Translations under genes and position numbers: made by a program | Notes under the pieces: model-generated | Told to the model about the DNA's origin: nothing | The model's database searches: none | The model's input: the letters and a program-made list of their open reading frames with translations, nothing else | In this document: positions 38,174 through 50,033 of the stretch, in pieces | Numbering within the stretch: position 1 is the stretch's first letter | Layout of the letters: every line of letters begins with the position of its first letter | Assembly: GCF_018350175.1 (NCBI RefSeq) | Contig: NC_058368.1 | Coordinates: 232,192,001-232,256,000, forward strand | Reading direction: 5' to 3' | Source: Felis catus | Lineage: Eukaryota | Length of the DNA stretch: 64,000 nucleotides

Positions 38174-38846
38174 CAGTGGGGCAGCAAACTGTTAAGAACC
38201 AGAGAGAAGATGCTTTAGGCTTCACAGGCTGCACAGTCTCTATTGCAGCTACTCAGCCCTGCCCTTGTTGCATGGAAGCAGCCACAGACCGTACGGCGTG
38301 AGCGTGGCCGTGTGTCAGCAAGGCTGGCAGATCTGTCGGGCAAAGGAAGGATTCGCTTTTTGGTGCCGTTTGTTACAAGGAAAGTAAGAGCAGAAGAGGT
38401 GTTAGCTACCCATGCCCCTTGTCCCACTGGATGGTGCCACAGCAGAGGGACGGATCAGCACGCATCGTGGAAGCGGGGTGCCATGTTGCAAAGCAACCAG
38501 CTGTGCTACAGCTTAGCGGTTTCAGAACCTGTACCTGTGCCTCAGTGGGGGTGAGGGTGGGGGGCACGAGGCCTTCGCCCTCATTAGAACCTGGGAGACA
38601 ATGAGAAGCAGTCTCATGACGGCCTCCCTGACGGAAGGCAGTGAGGGGCCAGTGGCCTTGTAACAGCTCCTCCCCATCCTCCCGTGTGTCACAATGGGGG
38701 CGATCACTCAGCGTCCCGCCAAAGTTAGGTCAGCTGTGCTTCGGTCCTCAGGGTGCCGGGGCACAGCGTTGCCCTGCACTGTGTTTCAGGAAAACCGTAG
38801 GTGCCAGGCTGGACTTGGCCCATGGGCTATCACTTGCTGACTCCTG
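38174..38846 (+). mobile_element. MER58A-like hAT element split by an insertion (pieces 38174-38312 and 38779-38846)
   Basis: gcaaact...gtctctattgcagctactcagccctgcc...aagcagccacagac...gcgtggccgtg // ...ggacttggcccatgggctatcacttgctgactcctg. Confidence 0.7.
38313..38778. mobile_element. Probable ERVL-class solo LTR (466 bp), family not identified
   Basis: TG...CA termini and 5-bp TSD ccgtg/ctgtg. Cleanly interrupts the MER58A-like element. Confidence 0.55.
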
Positions 38847-40771
38847 GTTTCGGATTTTCTCATATATGCCTTTTGAATGAATCAATGTACCTTCAATCGT
38901 CATATACCGTGGTTTATAAAATTACCTGTAAAATTTACTAAATTATTAAATTGCACGAATTCACTCTATACCTTAATATTTTCTGGATAACGTGGCGCTT
39001 TCTGCCCTTCAGACACATATTCTTTATTTTTTTATTTGACACCCACCACAATTGTGGGGTAAGACAAACCTGTCAAGTAGGGTTGACGTTTGTCAACCTG
39101 TTGTAGGGTTAACGTTTTATAGATGAGGACTGGTCCGAATCACAGAGGGAATAGCGTGAGAATCGTCAAGGCTAGAACAGAGACTAGAAGTCTGAGCCCC
39201 GCATGGCAGTCCAGGCTTCATTCAGCCCATCGCACCAGGTGCCAAAAGCTGGGCATTGTCTTTCCGGGTCTGTGCAGCCTCCAGAATGGTGCCCAGCCCA
39301 ACACAGGCTCAGTAAACACTTACCCGATTTACAAACGGACACTGCCTCTCCCCCTCCTCCGTCTTTTACTTCGTCATCTCTAAAATAAACCTAAATTCTT
39401 GTGAAACACTAAAACTCCTTTTACGGGAAGGTGTAGTGACGCAAGACATTAGCTAAAGGATGGAAACCCTTGGGCCTTAGGTGTTTATTGTTTCACTTTT
39501 GCTTTATTATAAGAACTTACTGGGGCGCGAAGAAAAGGTGGAAGCCGGGAGAATCCTAGTCTACATATAAAACAGAAGAGAGGTGCCTTTGACGTTTTGC
39601 TTTGTAAAACTGGAGGGAAAGATAGAACCATTAGGAAAGAGATTGGCTCCATTTGTGAATGGGTATCTAGCCATTCTGAATTCATTTAGTTTGTAATAAT
39701 GTCATTTAGTTAAAGAAATTAACGCTCATTAAGAAAATTAGGGGGATTAGGTTACTGCAGGACATTCATTGCTTGGAAGGGCAAAGTTTCGAGACATGGA
39801 GTTAGTATGTTGGCACCTTTATTAATTACATATTTCTACAGACAGCGTCTGCTTGGTGAGAGACATCCAATGTACAGAGAGAAATTTCAGGATTCCCCTG
39901 AGGGCTTCCAGAAAGACAACTTTAGCCATTCAGTTATGAATCACATAAGCAAGCGGGAGGAATTTTGACATGTGCTCATTTTACAAAGTAAATATCCTCC
40001 CTTCAAAATGAATTTAGTATCTTCCAAATCTCAACGCCTTGAGTTTTTGTTTGCATTGACTTTGGATTAGCTTCTAAAGACTGGACTTTCCTTCATTAAT
40101 TCGTTCAGAGTCTATTTATTGATCTCAGTAGGTGCCAAGCACCAAGCAAGCCCCTAAGCATGGGATGACAGATGAAGAAGTATCCCTGAGCCTGTCTTCA
40201 TGGGGCTCAGAGTCTAAAGAGTAACTCTGGCATAAATAAACGCTCCCGAAGATCTGTTGTGGCTTTGAGCCCCAGGGCCTCAGTGTTACCTGAGACTTTG
40301 TCCCCAGATCAGTTTATCGTTAAAGTCTGATCCTGTATTATATTAGGACCTGATCTTCGAGCCTGCCCGCCCTGTCCAATTATTTTTTAAGCTATTTTTG
40401 AATTACAACCAGTGTTCCAATCCTAACTTTCTAATACTAACAGAATTCATCACCAAATTATAATCTACTTATTCAATGGAGTCCTCACGCTGTGGGTTAT
40501 TCTGAAGCTATTAAATGATGTCTGTGAAGACCTATGCGTGATATGGTAGTAACTGAAAGCAACAGAACAGCGTATGTGTCTGCCTTCATTATAGCTTTAA
40601 AAAATAGTTGAAAAAGACGAAGTACATTCACCAACATCTAATTATCATTCTGAAGAGCACCCCGTCAGAGGGGCTTGAGCCGAAACACTGTTTTTTTTAA
40701 GTGAAATCACAAGTTAACACCCCCAGGTCCAAGGCAGGTTGGAAAACGAACAGTTGAAATATGCTAGGTAT

Positions 40772-40995
40772 GGGGCGCCTGGGTGGCGCAGTCGGTTAAG
40801 CGTCCGACTTCAGCCAGGTCACGATCTCGCGGTCCGGGAGTTCGAGCCCCGCGTCAGGCTCTGGGCTGATGGCTCGGAGCCTGGAGCCTGTTTCCGATTC
40901 TGTGTCTCCCTCTCTCTCTGCCCCTCCCCCGTTCATGCTCTGTCTCTCTCTGTCCCAAAAATAAATAAAAAACATTGAAAAAAATTAAAAAAAAA
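40772..40995 (+). mobile_element. CAN-SINE, young felid subfamily
   Basis: Perfect 15-bp TSD gaaatatgctaggta (40756-40770 and 40996-41010). CpGs intact. Confidence 0.97.
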
Positions 40996-41333
40996 GAAAT
41001 ATGCTAGGTAGAACAAGAGCATATGTTAGCTTGACTGGTAATTTACAAAACATAAACCATACTACGGTTTGTTCTGTAATAATCAAGGAGAAATGTAGTT
41101 TTGTGAGGTCTGAAGCTTACATGGGTTGGTAGTGGTCCTCACTAAGGAAAAGGATATTGAATTATGAAGAATGATTAAGACCGATCTCAGGTCCTTAGGG
41201 AATTTCACGAAGTGAAGAAGTTTAAGTTTCCTTAGCTTTAGGGCAAGTCCACCTTTGGCAATGATACAAACACAGATTTTGGTTCAGGTACACCACAAAA
41301 GCAAAGAACGTAGGTGAACGCCATCTTGCAGAG

Positions 41334-41401
41334 ATGTACTCATACTCTTATGGTTGTAGAGGCCGTGGGCTGCCTCCACAACCATAAGAGTATGAGTACA
41401 T
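41334..41401. repeat. Inverted repeat with 30-bp arms (29/30 complementary) and 8-nt loop
   Basis: atgtactcatactcttatggttgtagaggc-cgtgggct-gcctccacaaccataagagtatgagtacat. Confidence 0.93.
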
Positions 41402-41631
41402 TTTTTTTCTTCTCTTTCTTGGTCAAATATTTTAATGTGATCGTATTATCGTAACCCAGGGGAGCACAGTTTCTAAACGGCTGATGTCCCAAGTTGATCA
41501 CAATTGCTAGATTCCAGAAGCACTTTCGGCTTGCTTATTTCAGATACCCTCTACTCTTGTAACTATTTCTTTTTTACTGTCAATTTTCCCAAAATGCTTC
41601 ACTGTAAAATGTGTATCAATCTTATTCAATT

Positions 41632-41853
41632 TTTTTTTAATTTTTAAAAAAATGTTTATTTATTTTTCAGAGAGAAAGAGACAGAGTGCAATCAGGGGAG
41701 GAGAAGAGAGACAGGGAGATACAGAATCTGAAGCAGGTTCCAGGCTCTGAGCTGTCAGCACAGAGCCCGTTATGGGGCTCTAACTCATGAACTGCGAGAT
41801 CATGACCTGAGCCGAAGTCAGACACTTAACTGATTGAGCCACCCAGGCGCTCC
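41632..41853 (-). mobile_element. CAN-SINE
   Basis: Full length. TSD caatcttattcaatttt/caatcttgttcagtttt. Confidence 0.92.
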
Positions 41854-42808
41854 CAATCTTGTTCAGTTTTAAAACAGATTTTTCAGGAAAATCTGAGTGT
41901 TCTATGCACCTAATACGATTTTAATTAAAAACCATCCACTTAGTATTACTGGCAATACATATTGATTATTCTAATTTCATATTAAAAGCAAATTTAAATG
42001 TAAAAAATCATCTTTGTGTTGAATCAATGTCATTTAGTGATAAGTCAATAGGGAATGGTTTTCGATGTATTAGAAGTTTGTAACTAATTGAAATTCTAGG
42101 CCACTAATTTCATTTACAAATCATAACATCCAATATGAATTCCTATTAAATGCCTTTAGCAAGTGATACATAATGAGTATAAACGTGTATTTTTACTAGT
42201 AATTATATCTTTGTTTACTTGGCATGTGTCCTAAATTTAAAAATGCCATTACAGTGTGGTTCCGTCTTAGTTCTTCTTGGGAATTAGAAATTAATCTTCT
42301 AGTAGATTTTTTGGTACTTGACACACGCTATACAGTACAACCACATTTTTCTTGCCTAAGCAAAACCCCAACACTTTATTCACATCCGTATACTTTCTGG
42401 GAGCCTTAAGGAAACCGTGGCCCAGCCATGCTTCTCTGCTTATCTTCCCGATCATGCCACATGCACATGACTGTCATCCTTCCTGGGGCCATCATAACCA
42501 GGGAGACTGTTCTCACTTGTCTAAATTCCAACTCCATTCAAGAGCCAGCCTACACATGACATCTCCCTGGAACTCTCCTGGCCGACCTCTCCCTCCTCTG
42601 ACTCCTATAGCGCCCACTGTCTGAGCTTCTAACTTAATAGCTAACCCTCCTTATGTTGTTACGCAACGTTCATGAACCGGTTCTTCCTCCCTCACGAGAC
42701 CCCAGGTTCCTTCCTGGTCTTTGGGTCTTCGACACATGGCATTATGCCAGGTAGTCAAAAAAATCGTTGTGAATCTATCCAAATGTGTATTTAAAATACT
42801 TTGTACCA

Positions 42809-43035
42809 GGCCGCCTGGGTGGCCCAGTTGGTCAAGCATCCGACTTCGGCTCAGGTCATGATCTCGTAGTCTATGGGTTCCAGCCCCACGTCGGGCTCTG
42901 TGCTGACAGCTCCGAGCCTGGAGCCTGCTTCGGATTCTGTCTCCCTTTCTCTGCGCCCCTCCCCTGCTCACACTCTGTTTCTGTCTCTCTCAAAAATAAA
43001 CATTAAAAAATAAAATAAAATGAAATAAAATAAAA
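42809..43035 (+). mobile_element. CAN-SINE
   Basis: Full length, (TAAAA)n tail. TSD aatactttgtacca. Confidence 0.93.
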
Positions 43036-44387
43036 TAATACTTTGTACCACTTACTACAATACACTGTGGTGTGCCACATTGCCTGGTTAAATAAAGAGC
43101 CCACGGCATTTACACATTTAGTATTTTTGGGATAGAGTGTTTTCAAACACCCCAGAAGTCGATATCATATAATATACAATAATGTCTAGGGATTAATTGG
43201 AATAACTGTATGTATTCCACCCCCAAAATAACTTTGTTATTTACTACCTGATGTAACTTAATTCTCAAAATATTTTCTGTGAGGTGATTATTATCATTCC
43301 AATTTCACAGAGGTACTCATTGGAGAAAAGATGTGTTCCAGCTGGATTTACCAACTGAAGGACGTGTCGGTGTCTTACAATGCATTCCTCAAGCAGTTTA
43401 TTGTCTAATTAGAATTTTCTTTCAGTCTTATTTCTAGTAAGACAGTGTTTTTCATGCCAACCTTAAAAAGAAGATTCTGAAGTATATAATGACATCGGTC
43501 ATTAGGAATAAGATACTTCAGATTGTTTTAGAAATTAAGGTAAAGATCATTCATGAACAGAGAAATCCACCTATCCCACTACTATCATGATCGTAGAAAT
43601 AAGTACTGGTGTTTGACACATGGTTTTTGCCCAGTATTTTAAAGTTTGCAGCACTTACTGGGAAATGCTGTCTTGAACGGGGCTCTGGGCTCTGCCCATT
43701 CCACTCCTCAAGCTCCAATCAAAGTCTAGCCTCCATTTATCTTCCTTTAAATTCTCCAATTCCCTCCCACCAAAGTGTCCATCCACCTCGCTGTCAAATG
43801 TCCTGTTTTTCCAAAGCTATGTGAAATGGATCACTTCTATCCGTCTCAGTTTAAATGCCACCTAAGTCAAGTATTTCCTGACCCCAGACCCCTCCATCCA
43901 AACAGGGCTTCTCCTTTGGGATTTTACTTTGCTGATGGTTCTTGTTGTATCAGTGTAGTCGATTAGTGTTTATTGCCTTTGCCAAATGATAAATTCTGTG
44001 GGTACAGTGACTGCGTCTGCTTTGCTGACCCTGGCACCCCCACCATTTTCAGTCTGGCTCATGGCAGGTGCTCCTAAGTATGTACCAAATGAAGGAATGA
44101 TTGGGACACTTTTAAAAGCCCATGTTTTATGAATGCACTTTGTTAATATGGCCAAAATTCTTAAGATCAAAAATAAGCTGATCTAATGACAATTAGTGTA
44201 ACAGTAACAAGTCAGATAAAGTCATTGATACTTAGATAATCTAACATGCAAGAGATCATACTCAGTAATTAGCTCCCACTCTCTAGAAATACAGTGAGAA
44301 GATTTTAATGAATACACCTCTTTTCCCTATTACTCAAATTAGCAAATAGCATAACTGCACACTTTAAAATTTAAAGGAAGAGTTTAG

Positions 44388-44697
44388 AGGAAACAACAGA
44401 TGTTGGCAAGGATGTGGAGAAAGAGGAACCCTCTTGCATTGTTGGTGGGAATGCAAACTGGTGCAGCCACTCTGGAAAACAGTGTGGAGGTTCCTCAGAA
44501 ATTTAAAAATAGAATTACCCTATGACCCAGCAATTGCACGACTAGGTATTTATCCAGAGGATACAAGAGTGCTGATTCATAGGGGCACATGTACCCCAAA
44601 GTTTATAGCAGCGTTATCAACAGTAGCCAAATTATGGAAAGAGCCCCAATGCCCATCAACTGATGAATGGATAAAGAAGATGTGGTGTGTGTGTGTT

Positions 44698-44737
<40 letters not shown>

Positions 44738-45176
44738 GGAATACGACTCAGCAATGAAAAAGAACAAAATCTTGCCATTCGCAACAACGTGAATAGAACT
44801 GGAAGGTATTTTGCTAAGTGAAATAAGTCAGTCAGAGAAAGGCAGATACCATATGTTTTCACTCATGTGTTGAACTTGAGAAACTTAACAGAAGACCATG
44901 GAGGAAGGGAAGGGGAAAAAATAGTTACAAACAGAGAGGGAGGGAGGCAAACCATAAGAGACTCTTAAATACAAAGAACAAACTGAGGGTTGATGGGGGG
45001 GCAGGGAAGGGGAACGTGGGAGATGGGCATTGAGGAGGGCACTTGTTGGGACGAGCGCTGGGTGTTGTATGTAAGTGATGAATCATGGGAATCTACCCCC
45101 AAAGCTAAGAGCACACTGTATATACTGTATGTTAGCTAATTTGATCAAAAATTATATAATAGAATGAATCAATAAA
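44388..45176 (+). mobile_element. 5'-truncated carnivore L1 (ORF2 C-terminal remnant plus 3' UTR) with internal (CA)n
   Basis: Translates [20 protein letters not shown]...ELPYDPAI (L1 ORF2p C-terminus). Perfect 16-bp TSD taaaggaagagtttag (44372-44387 and 45177-45192). Confidence 0.95.
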
Positions 45177-45972
45177 TAAAGGAAGAGTTTAGTTAAATAT
45201 TAATATCACTGTCTTGGAAAAGAGAGAGTAGTTTATCCTTCTCCAAGAACTAAGGCCTGTCTGTGAATATACATTTAGCTCTATACGTATTCGTCCATAA
45301 ATGTGTTTTTAAATTAAACCTTAAGATTCTGACCAGCATATGTTCTGAAATCAGAGACTTTCAAACACCAAGGAAATCTATCAAATGAGGATAATCTAAG
45401 GTTATTAACCAAGTAAGGAAAATTTGTTATTAAAAAGACTCCTCATCCACACAAAAAAACATTTCAAAGTGAAGAAAAGCCACCTTCATATGGCCACATT
45501 AGTAAGACATCTGTGATCCTGCATGCGGTGTCTTTGAAAGACCTACCTTCCCAAAGTAATAAGTTACGATGATTGTTTTTTCTGGAAGTACACTTTAGCG
45601 GAAAGGTAGAGCTCATCAGAATTTTGCCACGGTATGAAATATTTTGACTGAGGAAAACATTTATATATAAATGGAATTTTTAATGAAGGGGCATTTGTGC
45701 TTATAGAGAAGTTTTTACTAGTTTAAGGGATAAGAGGCATGTTAAGAATGCGCCAAGCCGTCAACATTATCGGAAGAAAGATGTTTTTACAAGCGGCTTT
45801 TCATTTAAAACAGCTTAAAATATCCTGTGTAACCTTGTGGCCTTGTTTCACTTCTGCAGGCAGATTTGCAAAGAGAGGCTGGAGGGCCAAGTTAGGGAGT
45901 TGGTGGAATTTTCCTGTTTTCAGAATTTGAATTTTGTCTAATGGTCGTGTTGCTTTCGTAAGGAACATGAAA

Positions 45973-46190
45973 GGGGCACCTGGGTGCCTTAGTCGGTTGA
46001 GCGTCCGACTTTGGCTCGGGTCATGATCTCGTGGTTTGCGGGTTCGAGCCCCGCGTCGGGCTCCGTGCTGATGGCTCGGAGCCTGGAGCCTGCTTCGGAT
46101 TCTGTGTCTCCCTCTCTCTCCACCCCTCCCCTGCTTGCACTCTGTCTCTCTCCGTCTCAAAAATAAATATACAGTAAATTAAAAAAAAAA
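45973..46190 (+). mobile_element. CAN-SINE
   Basis: Full-length head, body and A tail. Confidence 0.92.
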
Positions 46191-47448
46191 ATGAAAGGGA
46201 ATTCAGGCCCTTTGAATAATTACGTAAGTGTAGCTCCCTCCTGTTTGCTCACCGCTGTGAAAATGGGATCGTGCCCAGACAGAATTCTGACGTGTGATAC
46301 ATACTATGGCATTCCGGCAAAATGGCTGGTTCAGTAAGACTAGGACACTGTGGGTCAGAACATGCCTTCACAGCCAGGAGGTCGCAGCAGGAAGCAGAAA
46401 GGTTCTTGATTCTCACCTGTGTCCAGGTCTGTCTCACAGTTGAGGGGTCTTCAGATTTCCAGAAACTTCCTACAAAACATCTGCCCAGGCATTGTTACTG
46501 AGGGCTGATTTGCTTACACCGAGCTTAGTGACAATACGTGAAATATCTTACCTTGTAGATACAAAAATTCACTTTCTTGTCTTTTACACAGTCTTTGGTT
46601 TATTCTCATCTTTCTTATTCCCTGAAAAAAAAAAGTTATTAAATCAATTGTGTGTCTTTAAAATAAATTCTTAAAATTGAGAAATTTGGGATATGCTTTA
46701 TATACAGGGCAAATTCTACTCTATGGAACTGATCATTGAAATGACTTTTTAGTTTTAAAAAGTAAGTTGTTAAAAGATTATATTCCCGGACCTCAAGAAC
46801 TAGAGATTTCGAGAAGCTGGTGCTCACACTTAGTGTTGTAAACTTGTGTTTAAAAAAGAGGTTGTCTGAATTTGATAGAAAAAGGAAAACAAAACTAAAC
46901 AAAACATCCCCAGCTTCCTTTTTGTTACTTCTCAGCCCTGGACCTGTTTGTGTTGGTATGAGATTGAGAAGTTTAGCTTAAAAAAATATGTGGTTTTTTT
47001 GTCATTGTTACTTGTTTTGATTTTTAGGAGGGAGAAAAGGAGATTTACCAGGAATACATTTCTGGTGGATCACAGTTAGGGAGTCAAATGAAATGATTGA
47101 TCAAATACGAAAGGACCAGAAGGAATCCTGCATAAATGTTTTTATGATTTTTAAGCATGGAAGTTCTTTGAAAGTATGCACAAAATCCAGATGCTGTGAA
47201 GAAAAAGACTCATATAAACTTTACTGCATAAAATTTTAAAACATCTGTATCTTGAGAAAAAAAATACTAATGACAAGTAGGAAAAGTATGTGAAGCATTA
47301 TGGACAGAGGGTTAATTTTCTAATACAGAAATTATCACTTGCAATGACTACATAAAAATAGTGAAGTCAGTCAATCAAAAAGAAGCATAAAGGAGAAATT
47401 GGTTACAAATGGGAAATTTACATGAACAGAAATACAATAATCCATAAA

Positions 47449-47480
<32 letters not shown>

Positions 47481-47698
47481 ATCTTAATCTCACAACTGAG
47501 TAAATAGAACAGATGAGTAGAAAAGTGTTTTGATCTATCAGAAAGGGCTAAGTTAACAAAAAAATAGCATCCAGTATGAAATAGGGAGAGGATAAAGAGT
47601 TACCCTTCAAATTGTTGACTGGTACAAAATTATTAATACCCATAACTTCTATCTCATAGCTCCACGTATAGAAACTTATCATGTAGAAGATACGTACA

Positions 47699-47915
47699 GG
47701 GGCACCTGGGTGGCTCAGTCGGTTGAACGTCCGACTTGGGCTCAGGTCATGATCGCGTGGTTCATGGCTTCTAGCCCCACGTTGGGCTCTGTGCTGATGG
47801 CTCAGAGCCTGGAGCCTGCTTCGGATTCTGTGTCTCTTTCTCTCTCTGCTCTTCCCCTGCTTGCACTCTGTCTGTCTGTCTCTCTCTCAAAAAATAAACA
47901 TAAAAAAATTATAAA
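47699..47915 (+). mobile_element. CAN-SINE
   Basis: Head ggggcacctgggtggctcagtcggttgaacgtccgac, CT tract, A tail. Confidence 0.92.
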
Positions 47916-48064
47916 AAATACATATGAAGATGTGCATTACAGCCTTGCTTTTAAAGGATTTAAATAAATGTTCGTTCCTCTGGGTAACAGAATATTGCAC
48001 AGCCATATAAGGAATAAGGTAGAGCTATATATATACTGACAAAAGAAAATGTCAAAGTATATTT

Positions 48065-48254
48065 TTTAATTTTTAATTTTTTATTTTTTATTTTAGAGAG
48101 AGAAAGAGTATGATGGGGGAGAGGGGTGGGGGGAGAAGGGGAGAGAGAATCTCAGAGCGGAGCCCCTGACGCAGAGCTTGAGCCTACAGCCCTGGAATCA
48201 TGACCTGAGCTAAAATCCAGAGTCAGCTGCTTAACTGAGACACCCAGGCGCCCC
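48065..48254 (-). mobile_element. CAN-SINE, older and internally deleted
   Basis: Head cacccaggcgcccc. TSD gtcaaagtatatttt/gtcacagtgtatttt. Confidence 0.85.
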
Positions 48255-48519
48255 GTCACAGTGTATTTTTACGTGTAAAAAACAGACAGGAGGCTGTGTG
48301 TATACTCCCCTTTGTGTGTGTTACATATAATCGTACATATAAAACAACAAAATATATATGTATATGTAGACATATCCATACATGAATACGTATTTGTGCG
48401 GAGAAAATGTCCCCAAATACATGAAAGTGTGCATAGTGCCTATTTCTGGGGAAGGAAAGCGTATATTTTGTCCTTGATAACTGTTCTGTTGGAGTTCTCA
48501 CATGAAAGTACTATGTGCT

Positions 48520-48837
48520 TGTTAAGGTAATTAAATAAGAAGGCCCTTAGACTGAAGTCGCCTTAAAACCTTGGCAGCTGACCTAAGCAAACCAAAACCG
48601 ACGCCAGGGTCAACTGCGCTTGAATCTGAGAAAGTGAGACTTCGGAACAAACGATCTCAGTCAACCAGGCTTTTCCAAATAAGACCACCACTTAAGCTAT
48701 AGCCGATCAAATGATTTCCTTGGTTTGCTGCTGAGTCTCCTCTAGAGGATTCTCTCCCCTAGTTCCTGTCAGGGGAACCTCCTAGCCTGGTGCAGTCAGA
48801 TTCACAATGTTGACGTACCTCGGTTTACTTTTTAACA
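48520..48837 (+). mobile_element. ERV1-class solo LTR (MER93-like)
   Basis: tgttaaggtaattaaataagaaggccc...taagcaaaccaaaacc...gtttactttttaaca. Confidence 0.6.
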
Positions 48838-49884
48838 CGGGCACGGGCACTTAGGATCATGTTCCAAGGAGGCTATGACGACAGGCACTTGTTTCGGCCC
48901 CGTTTCCACTCAACCTAGTCCTGCTGTGAGGAGGACCAGTTTTAACCACTTGTCTCTGAACTTCTTTGGGTGGTAAATATATATTACGTAGCAACAATAA
49001 ATAATAGTTTTATACCATTATTGTTTGATTTATTGTCTTTAGAGATATCTTCCCCTGCTGCGGGACTTACACTTCATCTTTCTCTGCTTTGGTTTCCTCC
49101 TTTTAAAGTGATTACGTTTATTTCATTTAAAATAAATGCGGTAGCTAATTGAGGTGTTGTATTTGTAAGGTCCTCTGAGGTCGGGATGAGCTAATAGAGG
49201 TCACGGTCTTGGAGCAGTGCTTCATATGTGGTTAACGTATTTGATGCGTTAATCACGATTCTTTTGTATCATTAATATTAGCAATTTACTATTACTTACA
49301 GCACCTCCTTGGCCCACATTTGATAGTTATGCTATGATTTCTGGTCCTACTCCTGATTAATTGGTAATCCTCTAACAGATTCTTCCTGCTGTAAGGGGCC
49401 CCTTACCTCTAAGAAGACATTAACACTTCCCTGCTGCACTACCTTGCCTTTCTGTGCTTCCATTTCCTGCACGCCTGACCTGTTGGTCCCTTAAGAGACA
49501 GGATTCTCCAGTGTTCGATGCCCTGCTTGCCTCTGGGGTCATCTTTTGTATAATTTTGGCTCTATCACTGTCGCTCTGCTTCCCTCCGCCCCTGAACACC
49601 CTCTTTTGTATTTATAACATATGGGCCAAAATCTTCATCTAATGGTGCCCCAGTACCTGGTACTGTATGAACTCTCTCATCGAGACAAAGCTAAAATAAA
49701 ATATCCACGATGTATGTAATAGTTCTGATATAACTGATTGAATATTGTAGTTGGAGCTACATTAAACAACTATTGATTGACAAAATTTTTAATTCATTTT
49801 TAAGCTATGGTACCCAAAAGGAAGACTTCCCTAACTTATTAAATTCAAACTAACCATGTTGAAGGGTTTCAGGTGTATTTGCTT

Positions 49885-50012
49885 GTCCTTGGGCCAATTT
49901 CTTAAATCTTCTGTGCCTCAGTTTTCTCCTCTGTAGGTAAAAATAATACTACCTCCCTCATTAGAGTTAAATGTCTAAATGATATAATTTGGTATTTTAT
50001 AGTAAGTGTTCC
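49885..50012 (+). mobile_element. MIR SINE fragment
   Basis: ccttgggccaatttcttaaatcttctgtgcctcagttttctcctctgta...atagtaagtg MIR core. Confidence 0.65.
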
Positions 50013-50033
50013 GCAAATAACATCTGTAACTAA

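Larger units (their letters stand above)
47150..48480 (+). mobile_element. Highly degraded ancient L1 (L1M-type) 3' region, interrupted by two SINEs
   Basis: A-rich strand with L1-like motifs (cataaaattttaaaacatctgt, acagagggttaatttt, gaatattgcacagccat). Boundaries are uncertain. Confidence 0.4.

Noticed and set aside
40772..40860. tRNA-like A/B boxes (TGGCGCAGTCGG...GTTCGAGCC) as a tRNA gene
   Set aside because: tRNA-derived head of a CAN-SINE followed by the CT tract, A tail and TSD; not a tRNA gene.
44434..44757. 107-aa ORF with [12 protein letters not shown]
   Set aside because: C-terminal remnant of L1 ORF2p in a 5'-truncated insertion; not a host gene or an active element.
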